From positions 64,001 through 128,000 of IMG/VR virus record IMGVR_UViG_3300011429_000087: a stretch of 64,000 bases of DNA; one strand, 5' to 3'. The stretch's first letter is position 1. Each line of letters begins with the position of its first letter. Positions 19,945-29,633 of this stretch are shown here, piece after piece. Both the position numbers and the translations under genes were made by a program. The notes under the pieces are model-generated. The model searched no databases. It was given only the letters and a program-made list of their open reading frames with translations, and was not told the origin of the DNA. Source of the DNA: a virus. Taxonomy: Duplodnaviria > Caudoviricetes.

Positions 19945-20232
19945 ATGTGCGTTGTATCAATGATCGGAGATCATTTCGGTGGAGAATGGATTAAGAAACC
20001 CTGGATTATTTGGCCGATGCTTCCAGACCAGCCCTATCAGATCAATATCTCTAATATTTCTAGGGAAGAATTTGAAACTCTTAAAAAAGAGGTCCAGCTT
20101 TTGAGAGACTTGTTAATTAAGGCGATAGCTTATGATAAGGCAAATGGCGAACCTCATTGTGAGAAGCCAGAGAAAGTTAAATTACTTAAAGATATTGCGA
20201 AAGCATTAGGAGTAGAATTAAATGGATTTTAA
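19945..20232 (+). CDS. hypothetical phage protein
   Basis: MCVVSMIGD start; coupled to neighbours. Confidence 0.65.
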   Translation: MCVVSMIGDHFGGEWIKKPWIIWPMLPDQPYQINISNISREEFETLKKEVQLLRDLLIKAIAYDKANGEPHCEKPEKVKLLKDIAKALGVELNGF

Positions 20233-20554
20233 AGATTATCAGGAAAAAACTGCCACCACGGCTATTTATCCTGGACGGGGTACAATCAATGGGGTGCTTT
20301 ATACAGCCCTAGGACTTGGCGAAACTGGCGAAGTACAGGGTAAGGTAAAAAAGATTCTACGAGATAATAATGGTATTATTTCAGCGGAAACAGTTTCAGC
20401 CATTAAAGGTGAATTAGGCGATTGCCTCTGGTATATTTCCCAACTTTCAAGCGAACTAGGTCTTGATTTAAATACAGTTGCTCAAGAAAATTTACAGAAA
20501 TTAGCAGATAGAGCGGCGAGAGGAACTCTTAAGGGTTCTGGAGACAATAGATGA
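20222..20554 (+). CDS. MazG-like nucleotide pyrophosphohydrolase
   Basis: GETGEV...KK...ELGDCLWY...ENLQKL. Confidence 0.88.
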   Translation: MDFKDYQEKTATTAIYPGRGTINGVLYTALGLGETGEVQGKVKKILRDNNGIISAETVSAIKGELGDCLWYISQLSSELGLDLNTVAQENLQKLADRAARGTLKGSGDNR

Positions 20555-20949
20555 GAAATAAGTTACCACCTAGGCTAAAATTACAACTTATATGGTTTAA
20601 GATTAAAAAACATATTTGGTGTCGGTGGTTTAAAAAATGGCATCGACGCTGTTATCCAGAAGTTTGGGTTGGTGGAGATATTACTCGATACCATTGTTTT
20701 GATTGTATGCCATGTGGATTTTTCATGGATCACTTATCAGAGATTATTAAATATAATGACCACGGACCAGAATGTCGAGACTGTCTACTTCCTTATATAA
20801 ATTTTGATTTAGATACGACGCTACCTGATGATCAGTGGCGAGAAGTAAGTAAGGGTGTTGACTTATTATGTGCTAATTGTATAGTGAAGCGAGCTTCTAA
20901 ATTACCTGGAGTAGTTGCGACACGCATGGTAATAGAGATTGTAAAATGA
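20551..20949 (+). CDS. hypothetical Cys-rich protein
   Basis: Several CxxC motifs; ATGA overlaps at both ends. Confidence 0.6.
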   Translation: MRNKLPPRLKLQLIWFKIKKHIWCRWFKKWHRRCYPEVWVGGDITRYHCFDCMPCGFFMDHLSEIIKYNDHGPECRDCLLPYINFDLDTTLPDDQWREVSKGVDLLCANCIVKRASKLPGVVATRMVIEIVK

Positions 20950-21917
20950 TACGCCTAATGTATGCAGGTCTTCTTTATGATTATGGAGAGCCCGATAAAG
21001 GCTACTCTTACGAGCATAATAATATCGAAGCTGGTCTACAAGATTGCGAGGATAGAAAACTAATATCGCTACAACGGTTTCATATTGACGCATTTCGTAA
21101 ATCTACTAGTCGAGAAGCATCTTATAAATGGTTAGAGAATGAGATTAGAAATAAATCATTCGACATCTTATTTTATGTAGCCTTTAATGAAAGCTATGAT
21201 ATTCCTACCGAACTATTAAACTTGTGCCGCGACTTCGGTATCAAGACTGTTCAGTGGGATTGCGATTCTTCGTGGCGTTTCCAAAACTGGATTTTACCAC
21301 GCAAGAATTTATTTGACTACTTTATTACTACTCATTCACAAGCTGTTCCTTGGTATCAAGCCGCAGGTATGAAAGTGATCCATTCTCAGTGGGGTGGATC
21401 GCCATTATACTCGGAAGACTTTAGTGTATTTAAAAAGCATGATATTTCTTTCGTCGGGCAATTGCATGGTGTGCGTGGACAAATTATGCGTAAATTAATG
21501 GACGCCGGTTTAAATATAAAGATTTGGGGCAATTATTGGAATAATTATACGAATTGGCAAGGATATTTAACCGATTTTGGAGCGATGCTTAAAGTTTTTC
21601 AGGAATCTAAAATCTGTTTAAATCTATCTAATCCTTGGCACGTTGGGACGATGTCTCAGATAAAAGGTAGACACTTCGAAATTCCAAAAGCTGGAGGATT
21701 TCAATTATCTACTCCGGCTGATAATTTGGAGAACTATTTCGTTCCTGGAAAAGAAATTGTCCTTGCTAATGATATCAATGAACTTGTTGACAGATGTAAG
21801 TATTATCTTGACCATGAAGAAGAAAGACAATCTATAGCGATAGCTGGTTGGGAACGTACCCAAAAGGAACATCTTTGGCATCATAGATTTGAAAAGATAT
21901 TAAAGGAAATTGCATGA
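20946..21917 (+). CDS. CgeB-family glycosyltransferase
   Basis: ISFVGQ, SKICLN, KGRHFEIP, YYLDHEEER, HLWHHR. Confidence 0.9.
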   Translation: MIRLMYAGLLYDYGEPDKGYSYEHNNIEAGLQDCEDRKLISLQRFHIDAFRKSTSREASYKWLENEIRNKSFDILFYVAFNESYDIPTELLNLCRDFGIKTVQWDCDSSWRFQNWILPRKNLFDYFITTHSQAVPWYQAAGMKVIHSQWGGSPLYSEDFSVFKKHDISFVGQLHGVRGQIMRKLMDAGLNIKIWGNYWNNYTNWQGYLTDFGAMLKVFQESKICLNLSNPWHVGTMSQIKGRHFEIPKAGGFQLSTPADNLENYFVPGKEIVLANDINELVDRCKYYLDHEEERQSIAIAGWERTQKEHLWHHRFEKILKEIA

Positions 21918-22687
21918 GTTGGACTAAAGAAGAAATTGTAATCTTAAAAGATAGTTATGGAAAAATGCCATCTACTAAAATGCCATTAAATAAAAAATCG
22001 GCTACGATTAGGGCAATGGCAAATCGTTTGGGATTAGAAATTAATACACAAAAAAGCTATGGGAAATATTTCTATGATACTGACTTCTTCTCAGAACCTA
22101 ATATTATCAACTCTTATTATGCCGGTTTTATAGCTGCCGACGGTTGTATTACACAATATAGTAAAAAACGTTATGGATTAGAAATTAAGATTCAAAAACG
22201 TGACGAAAGAATATTGCAAAATTTTAAAAAAGATGTTCATTTTACTGGGCCAATATCATTTGTCAAACGAGCATTACCAAATTATCAAGACTGTGTTCGT
22301 ATTAGAATATCATTGGACGATAGAACCTTGAATGATCTAAAACATCACTTTAATATTACGCCTCAAAAATCAAATATCTTAAAACCTCCATTAATTAATA
22401 ATATCAACGCTCTATCTTTTATTATTGGATATATTGATGGTGATGGCTGGATTTCAAAAAATCCAGACGTAGTTGGGGCAATTGGCACATATGATTTATT
22501 AGGTTGGATAAAGGAAAAATTTGATATATTAGTACCAAATCAACATTATAAGATATCTAAAGTTAATTATAAATATAAAAATCAAGGACATTATATTGTT
22601 GAAGGGGAACGTGCCAGAAATTTGGTTCGCAATTTAAATAAAATTAACGTACCTATCAAATTAGAAAGAAAATGGAATAAAATATGA
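21914..22687 (+). mobile_element. two-motif LAGLIDADG homing endonuclease
   Basis: YYAGFIAADGCI and FIIGYIDGDG; ends LERKW; AT-rich. Confidence 0.88.
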
Positions 22688-22691
22688 AAAT

Positions 22692-23138
22692 ATTAAAATT
22701 GATCTGTTCGGTAATTATTGGGATGGTTATCCTAACTGGAACGGCTACCTCACAGACTTTAGTGCGATGCTCAGGGTATTCCAACAATCTAAAATCTGCC
22801 TCAATTTATCCAATCCCTGGCACGTTGGGACTATGCCTCAAATCAAGGGAAGACATTTTGAAATCCCACAGTGCGGAGCTTTTCAGATTAGTACACCCGC
22901 AGATGACATCAACAGTTATTTTATCCCCGGGAAAGAAATTGTCATTGGCAACGATATTGAATCGCTTGCCGCCGCCTGTAAGAGTTACATTAATGCAGAC
23001 GGCGAGCGGGAGATTATTGCAAAAGCGGGTTATGACAGGATGTTGCGGGACCACCAATGGTTTAATCGTTTTGAGAAAATACTAAAATGCATTACCTTGT
23101 CAGTGAAACCCTTAAGGCTATCGAACAGGCCCCACTAG
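22692..23138 (+). pseudogene. displaced 3' half of a CgeB-family GT (duplicate of the 3' end of 20946)
   Basis: Frame of 22767 reads IKIDLFGNYWDGYPNWNGYLTDFSAMLRVFQQSKICLNLSNPWHVGTMPQIKGRHFEIP; no N-terminal domain. Confidence 0.85.
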
Positions 23139-23740
23139 GACTTAAATTTGTTCTTCCAGATGAAGTAGCAGGATGGTGTCCTATAGAACTAGGATCTGTT
23201 CTTGGTACACTTCTATTATCTGGTGATAGAAAATACTTAGAAGTTGGTACTTTTTGTGGACGAAGTTTAATTTATGCACTTCGTACAAATAAAAATACTA
23301 AGGCGTATGTTATAGATCCACTATTAGATTCAATGAAGGTCGCCAATTCTAATGTCTGGCTTCATTGGAGTAAAAATGTCGTTGACTATGAGATTAAAGA
23401 TCAAATAACTTTATATCGCGAGCGTATCGAACATTTTCAGGGAGAAATTAAAGATATTGATATAGCATTTGTAGATGGTAATCATGACTCCGGCCACACA
23501 TACGAAGCACTTAAAAAAGTACAAAATTATCTTGCCGATAATGCCATAATAATTGTAGATGATTATGAAATCTTTGGTGGTCCCGGACAAACTCCATTTC
23601 CAGGGTATGAGGTTGATCTTGAAAAGCCCGTAAAAACAGATGTTCATAAATATCTAGCAGATACGCCGGAAGTTACGGTGATTGCCTATACGCCGTGGCT
23701 CAATTCTCAAATCTATTTACATTTTCAGAGGGCTAAGTGA
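23087..23740 (+). CDS. class I SAM methyltransferase (Methyltransf_24-like)
   Basis: LEVGTFCGRS, FVDGNH, IVDDY. Confidence 0.88.
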   Translation: MHYLVSETLKAIEQAPLGLKFVLPDEVAGWCPIELGSVLGTLLLSGDRKYLEVGTFCGRSLIYALRTNKNTKAYVIDPLLDSMKVANSNVWLHWSKNVVDYEIKDQITLYRERIEHFQGEIKDIDIAFVDGNHDSGHTYEALKKVQNYLADNAIIIVDDYEIFGGPGQTPFPGYEVDLEKPVKTDVHKYLADTPEVTVIAYTPWLNSQIYLHFQRAK

Positions 23741-24363
23741 GTAATTTAATATTTATGGACGTTGGGGCGAATACAGGACAATCTTTAGAAGCTGCCCTTC
23801 TATATCCTTTTGATACTATATATTGCTTTGAACCAGTAAAGAAGTTTTATTCTGAATTAACTAAAGTGGCACGGAATAATTTTAAAGGATCTGTAATATT
23901 TAATAACTTTGGCTTATATAATGACCATAAACGATTACCTATCTATGGACCAGTAGATGGTCCAGATGGATATGCTGCCAGTATTTATTCCGACCATCAA
24001 GATGTAAAGGATGGCATAGAGATGTGTACGTTTCTCGATGTTAATGACTGGATGAGAACAAATCTATCTTATGGTGATGCAGTAATTATGAAGTTAAACT
24101 GTGAAGGTGCAGAAGTTGATATTGTTAATAGACTATTAGATACAAACATATTTAGATATATGGCAAATGTAATGATAGATTTTGATGCAGTAAAAATTCC
24201 ATCTAAAAAAGCTGAAGTAGCACCACTAATGACACGCTTAAAACCATTTAAGAATTATGTACTAGCAGAACAGGTTATGCACGGTGCAACTCATAAAGAT
24301 AGAATCTGTAATTGGCTCAATAAATTAGGATTAAAACAAAATGAACAAGTGGCGAAATCGTAA
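23737..24363 (+). CDS. FkbM-family methyltransferase
   Basis: DVGANTG, CFEP, KLNCEGAE. Confidence 0.88.
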   Translation: MSNLIFMDVGANTGQSLEAALLYPFDTIYCFEPVKKFYSELTKVARNNFKGSVIFNNFGLYNDHKRLPIYGPVDGPDGYAASIYSDHQDVKDGIEMCTFLDVNDWMRTNLSYGDAVIMKLNCEGAEVDIVNRLLDTNIFRYMANVMIDFDAVKIPSKKAEVAPLMTRLKPFKNYVLAEQVMHGATHKDRICNWLNKLGLKQNEQVAKS

Positions 24364-24982
24364 AGACAATCACGACTTCATGAAACCAGATCATGTTGCT
24401 CAGTTCCTTCGCAATCATAATACTGGTGTTAACAATCTAGGCAGACTTTATTTAGCTTCGATCATTTCTCAACACGGCCCTGGCACGACAGTTCTAGATG
24501 CGGCCTGTGGCTCATGTGTCAATTATGAGGTATTTAAAAATCATCATGTCAAATGTCACTATACCGGTCTTGATCGTACTGAAAAACTTCTTGAAGAAGC
24601 TAAGTGTCGTTATCACGACGAGATTACGCTTATTAAAGGATTTGTTCAGGAAATCCCCCTTCCAGACGAAAGCCAAGACATTGTTATCCTCCGTCATATC
24701 TTAGAGCATCTTGAGGAAGGATATGAATTAGCTATTAAAGATGCACTTCGGGTGGCGAAAAAAGAAGTTATCGCCGTGTTTTTTCTAACGCCCAATACTG
24801 GCGAAACCGACCAACTAGAACAATCATCGCCAGACGAGAATGGTTGCACGTATTGGTGGAACACATATAGCTGGAATAAGTTTGTGCGATTCGTGGCTTC
24901 ATTAGGCCATCAAGTACAAGTCAGATATGTGCTAACGCCCGGGGCCGCACACGCGGACACAATCGTTAGGATCATCAAATAA
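24341..24982 (+). CDS. class I SAM methyltransferase
   Basis: VLDAACG, YTGLD, HILEH. Confidence 0.88.
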   Translation: MNKWRNRKDNHDFMKPDHVAQFLRNHNTGVNNLGRLYLASIISQHGPGTTVLDAACGSCVNYEVFKNHHVKCHYTGLDRTEKLLEEAKCRYHDEITLIKGFVQEIPLPDESQDIVILRHILEHLEEGYELAIKDALRVAKKEVIAVFFLTPNTGETDQLEQSSPDENGCTYWWNTYSWNKFVRFVASLGHQVQVRYVLTPGAAHADTIVRIIK

Positions 24983-25491
24983 TGGGCGTGCATCTTCTAC
25001 AATATCCTATTTCCAAGTTCCCATTCTACGATTATGCAGATGTGAACGGGATGGACAAATTTATTTACGCATCACAGAATGGTGTTCCATTAGTTCCCTC
25101 GGACGAAGACTGTTCCAATTTCGTTAATGCGTTAATTCGCGACAAGGGATTCGGCGAATTCCACGACAAATATACTAAGTATGTTTCTGCACTCTTTAAC
25201 TCTGCCGGTACATATCCCTTTGAATTGCCAGGATTCAGAATTCACAAACGAGACAGTCTTCCATTTTATTCTGGCGTGCAGGCAGCTAAATATGTTATTT
25301 ATACTCCACTAACTCCGATGTTCTATACAAATTCCATCGCCGTAGAAAATTATGGAGCTGGCGACTACAACTTTATCAATATGAAAATAGGCGATCTTTA
25401 CATTCTTGAAACACGGCATAAAAAAGTGATAGATAGATTTCATAATAGTATGGGTCAGTTATCTATTTGCATGATGAGTTTCTTAGGATGA
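24982..25491 (+). CDS. hypothetical protein, degenerate StrG/2OG-Fe(II)-like fold
   Basis: PGFRIH...PLT...TNSIAVE...GDY...GD pattern with no HxD...H triad. Confidence 0.45.
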   Translation: MGVHLLQYPISKFPFYDYADVNGMDKFIYASQNGVPLVPSDEDCSNFVNALIRDKGFGEFHDKYTKYVSALFNSAGTYPFELPGFRIHKRDSLPFYSGVQAAKYVIYTPLTPMFYTNSIAVENYGAGDYNFINMKIGDLYILETRHKKVIDRFHNSMGQLSICMMSFLG

Positions 25492-26198
25492 CTCCATGGC
25501 CTTGGACATTTGGTGTTATAACAGACGGCTCTAATCCGGCCCGCTTAGAACAATGCGTTGGTTCTATAGTAAGAGAATCAGCGGTAGAGGATGAGATAAT
25601 TGTGGTGGGGGGAACTCGGCAGCCATACCCATCTATAACTTGGATTCCATTTGATGAATCTATTAAGGACAAGTGGATTACTAAAAAGAAAAATATTATT
25701 GCCGAGACTTCGCATTACGAATGTTTATGTATAATGCATGATTATGTTTCTCTAATGCCGGGCTGGCGACAAGGCGTAAATAATCTGCCCTATTCTACTC
25801 ACGGTCCAGACTGGTTAACGGCCACCAATAAGATACTCAATGCCGACAATACTCGTTTTAGAGACTGGTGTGTTATTTATAATGACGCATGGATGAATCC
25901 GCCCATTGATGATCAGAAGCCGCCATATAATATAAATGGACATCTATTGAATTATACTAATAATACTATGGGCAGATGGCAGTATTATTCAGGAGCATAT
26001 TTCTGTGTTACTAAGAGTATATTACTCAACATTCCATTAAATGAATCCCGCTGTTGGGGTCACGGAGAGGATGTAGAGTGGTGCAGACGTTTATATCGAG
26101 AGTACGGACAAGAGGCATTTTTATTTAATGCCTCTTCAACAGTTAAATTCCTCAAACAAAAGGATAGAGCCCCCTGGGAGGGGTTTTCACCAATATGA
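25488..26198 (+). CDS. GT-A fold glycosyltransferase
   Basis: FGVIT, WITKKKN, MHDY, GEDVEW. Confidence 0.75.
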   Translation: MTPWPWTFGVITDGSNPARLEQCVGSIVRESAVEDEIIVVGGTRQPYPSITWIPFDESIKDKWITKKKNIIAETSHYECLCIMHDYVSLMPGWRQGVNNLPYSTHGPDWLTATNKILNADNTRFRDWCVIYNDAWMNPPIDDQKPPYNINGHLLNYTNNTMGRWQYYSGAYFCVTKSILLNIPLNESRCWGHGEDVEWCRRLYREYGQEAFLFNASSTVKFLKQKDRAPWEGFSPI

Positions 26199-26902
26199 AT
26201 CAAGAAAAATATTCGGATATGCAGCGTAGGCAATATGAAATAGAAGCTTCCAGATGGTCACTATCCGAACGCGATCATGTGGTTGGCTCTTTCGAAGCCC
26301 ACAATAATCATAAAGATTATGAGGACTTCTTGTTATTTGGTTTTGATAGGCCGAACCTAATCGCCCTGGATTTCGGTTGCGGCCCCGGACGCAATCTCGT
26401 TCATTTTGGTCCACAATTTAAACGTATGGACGGAGTTGATATTGCTCAAAACAATTTAGAGAAAGCCAAGTTATGGCTAACCCATAATAATGTTTGGAAA
26501 GATGATATAAGACTAATTATTTGTAATGGTAGAGACTTAGCCAATATCGAAAACGATTATTACGATCTTGTGATTAGTACAATTACTCTACAGCATATTT
26601 GCGTTCATTCTATTCGCTATAGCTTATTTCAGGAATTTCATAGAGTCATAAAGTTGGGCGGATGGATTAGTCTACAAATGGGATATGGGCCAAAAGTAGA
26701 TATGCGTCAGAAAGCAGATTATTACGACGATTACGTTGATGCCGAAGGTACAAATGGTCACGCCGATACTATGGTAACTTCTCCAGATCAATTGTCTGGC
26801 GATCTAACAAAGATTGGTTTTAAAAATTTCTATCATGATATTAGGCCAACTGGTCCGGGCGATAAACATTCCGCTTGGATTTTCTTTAGGGCACAAAAAT
26901 GA
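26195..26902 (+). CDS. class I SAM methyltransferase
   Basis: LDFGCGPGRN, GVDI, ITLQH. Confidence 0.9.
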   Translation: MNQEKYSDMQRRQYEIEASRWSLSERDHVVGSFEAHNNHKDYEDFLLFGFDRPNLIALDFGCGPGRNLVHFGPQFKRMDGVDIAQNNLEKAKLWLTHNNVWKDDIRLIICNGRDLANIENDYYDLVISTITLQHICVHSIRYSLFQEFHRVIKLGGWISLQMGYGPKVDMRQKADYYDDYVDAEGTNGHADTMVTSPDQLSGDLTKIGFKNFYHDIRPTGPGDKHSAWIFFRAQK

Positions 26903-27549
26903 TTAGAGCAATTCTTTATGATTTAGATGGTGTTTTAGTAGATGCTGTCAATATACATAAGAACGCCTTTAATAGTGCCATCCAACAAATTGTCGGCATC
27001 ACTTTAACAGACAAAGAGCATGAAGAAGAATTTAATGGTTTGCCAACTAAGAGAAAGCTAGACATTCTTCTACAGCAAAATAGAATTTATGCGGCACACG
27101 TTCCTTTTATAGAACGTCTTAAACAAGAAATAACCATATCGGCCATCAACGCTTTTTTTACTGTAGATTATACAAAAACCACGCTTCATTCGTGGACAAA
27201 ACAACATAATATTAAAATAGCATGTGTCACAAATTCAATTCGTGAAACTGCCGAACTGATGTTAATTAAGACGGCCCAACTTAGATATATGAACGTCTTA
27301 ATCAGTAATCAAGATGTTGATTATCCTAAGCCGAGTCCAGAAGGATATTTTAAGGCTATGGCTCTTTTGGGTGTTAAACCGTCTTCTACATTAATTGTAG
27401 AGGATTCTGAAAAGGGCGTTTCGGCAGCCATTAAGACTGGTGCTTACGTAATGAGAGTGCATTCACCGGCCGATGTTAATATAGATTCTATTAGGAGCCA
27501 AGTAATTGAAAACAGCTTTGGTATTATCAGGCCAACCACGTTGCCTTGA
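26899..27549 (+). CDS. HAD-superfamily phosphatase
   Basis: DLDGVL, VTNS, KPSPE, VEDS. Confidence 0.92.
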   Translation: MIRAILYDLDGVLVDAVNIHKNAFNSAIQQIVGITLTDKEHEEEFNGLPTKRKLDILLQQNRIYAAHVPFIERLKQEITISAINAFFTVDYTKTTLHSWTKQHNIKIACVTNSIRETAELMLIKTAQLRYMNVLISNQDVDYPKPSPEGYFKAMALLGVKPSSTLIVEDSEKGVSAAIKTGAYVMRVHSPADVNIDSIRSQVIENSFGIIRPTTLP

Positions 27550-28213
27550 TCAATGTTTCGATTCTTTAAAGAAATTCATCATCGCCCCTCTTGAGGCCGA
27601 TGTATTTTTTCATTTCTGGAATACATCATTTCTTCCGTTTGAGGATCGTATAACTAAGGTTTTATATGGCACAGAATATATACCAGAATGGAAAGCGTTT
27701 GATGGAGAATATGCCTCCAAGTACATGCCCCTTCTTAATCCGAAAAGATTTATAGTTGAGCCACAAATCTATATTAATGATTCTCATTTTCGTCAAGCTT
27801 GTAATCCTATGAATAGTAGGATGCAGGCAAAAGCATTCTTGCATGTGTTAAGCATGTTTTACTCTATTAATCGGGCTCATCAATGTATGACGGAATGGAC
27901 AGAAAAGACTGGCATAAAATATGATATTATGATTCGATGCAGAACGGATATGTTGTTTTGGCAAACGCCAGATATTAGTGGTGCCAATAACATTCTGATT
28001 CCAGAGAATGACGGTTACGGCGGATTAAACGATCAATTAGCTATTAGTGATAATTGGAACCATATGAACGTCTATGCTTCTTGCCTAGATAATATTCAGA
28101 CTTTATTTGACGCCGGAACTAATTTTCATCCAGAAACCATTTTAAGAGATCATCTCAAGATGCATAATATACCTGTGAGGCTTATTGGTCAAAGTTATGG
28201 ATTAATCAGATGA
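27506..28213 (+). CDS. putative GT-A-like protein (SGQxR family)
   Basis: LSGQPR, YDIMIRCRTD, NDQLA, HPETIL. Confidence 0.6.
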   Translation: MKTALVLSGQPRCLDQCFDSLKKFIIAPLEADVFFHFWNTSFLPFEDRITKVLYGTEYIPEWKAFDGEYASKYMPLLNPKRFIVEPQIYINDSHFRQACNPMNSRMQAKAFLHVLSMFYSINRAHQCMTEWTEKTGIKYDIMIRCRTDMLFWQTPDISGANNILIPENDGYGGLNDQLAISDNWNHMNVYASCLDNIQTLFDAGTNFHPETILRDHLKMHNIPVRLIGQSYGLIR

Positions 28214-28944
28214 AACTACTCGTTCCTATGTCGGGTCGCGGACAGCGATTTAAAGATAAGGGCTATACATTCCCAAAACCATTAATAGATGTTAATGGCA
28301 AACCCATGATAGAAGTTGTATTAAATTCGCTACCAAAAGCTGATGAATACATCTTTATTGTTCAATTAGAACATGAACATCAATATGGCATTAGTAATTT
28401 ACTTAACAGGCTGACGAACGATAGAGCCGTCTGTATCGTGACTGATAAAATAACTGAAGGTGCGGCGTGTAGTGCTCTATTGGCTCGTGAACTTTTATTA
28501 GATGATGAGCCACTTTTAATTGCTAATTCCGATCAATTTGTTGAATATAGCATAGACAATTTTAATCTTATTACTAAGATTGCCCAACGCGACACGCAAC
28601 TGGTTCCACCACACGCAATGGCGGGCATGATCTTTACGTTTCATGCAACACATCCTAAGTGGAGTTTTGTTCAAGTCAGAAATCATTGGATTACTAGAGT
28701 TGCCGAAAAAGATCCAATCTCTAACATTGCTACCTGTGGCATTTATTATTGGACTCGTTCAGCCGACTTTGTGAATTCTGCCGATGCGATGATTGCGGCG
28801 AATGATCGGGTTAATGGAGAATTTTATATAGCTCCTACTTTTAACTATCTCATTAAAGATTATCAATGGATTGCCCCATTCTTTGTTGATAAGATGTGTG
28901 GATTAGGAACTCCAGAAGATTTAGAAGCTTTTCTAAATGAATAA
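28210..28944 (+). CDS. sugar-phosphate nucleotidyltransferase
   Basis: PMSGRGQRF...PKPLI, TEGAA, ANSDQ, AEK, NGEFYIAP, LGTPEDL. Confidence 0.88.
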   Translation: MKLLVPMSGRGQRFKDKGYTFPKPLIDVNGKPMIEVVLNSLPKADEYIFIVQLEHEHQYGISNLLNRLTNDRAVCIVTDKITEGAACSALLARELLLDDEPLLIANSDQFVEYSIDNFNLITKIAQRDTQLVPPHAMAGMIFTFHATHPKWSFVQVRNHWITRVAEKDPISNIATCGIYYWTRSADFVNSADAMIAANDRVNGEFYIAPTFNYLIKDYQWIAPFFVDKMCGLGTPEDLEAFLNE

Positions 28945-29632
28945 TCTACAACAAATTATGGTGGCTAGTTTACAGCCATACGCACCAATCAAATATAAGT
29001 TCACTAATCAAAGTTTACAGATGGATATGGCGGGCAGTCCTCTATCCATTCGCGAAAATGAGTTTGAGTTCTTAAAGAAATACATTATTATTAATAACTT
29101 GAAAACTGGCTTTGAATTAGGTACTGGTTTTGGAATATCTACAGCAGCCATTGGATTGGGTTTTAGAAGAACCGGCGGCCATTTAATTTCTATGGATGCG
29201 TATACAGAAGAAAAATTTCAGAGCTATGAATATGTAGCATCCAATAAAGACGTATATCGAGATGCGATAGGATATAAATCCGCCAAGTTTCTTATGAAAG
29301 AATTAGAACTAGAAAATACCGTAGATATTGTTTGTGGCTGGAGTCCTACAGACATACCTACAATACTTAAACCGTACCTTCAACAGTCTCGTCAATTAGA
29401 TTTTGTATTTATAGACGCAATGCATAACGATGAATCAGTGATGAATGACTTAACTGCCATCTTTCCGTTTATGTCGAAAAAATTTGTATTATTCTTACAT
29501 GACGTTCATTGCTTTTCGCAATCTACAAAAGACCATATTAAAAGTTTATTTGGCAAAATATATGCCGTTATCCCTAGCTGTAGTTTAGATATTGGGTTAG
29601 GTTATAATCTGGCCATAGTTAATAGGTTATAA
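28937..29632 (+). CDS. class I SAM methyltransferase (Methyltransf_24-like)
   Basis: ELGTGFGIS, FIDAMH, LHD. Confidence 0.85.
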   Translation: MNNLQQIMVASLQPYAPIKYKFTNQSLQMDMAGSPLSIRENEFEFLKKYIIINNLKTGFELGTGFGISTAAIGLGFRRTGGHLISMDAYTEEKFQSYEYVASNKDVYRDAIGYKSAKFLMKELELENTVDIVCGWSPTDIPTILKPYLQQSRQLDFVFIDAMHNDESVMNDLTAIFPFMSKKFVLFLHDVHCFSQSTKDHIKSLFGKIYAVIPSCSLDIGLGYNLAIVNRL

Positions 29633-29633
29633 C

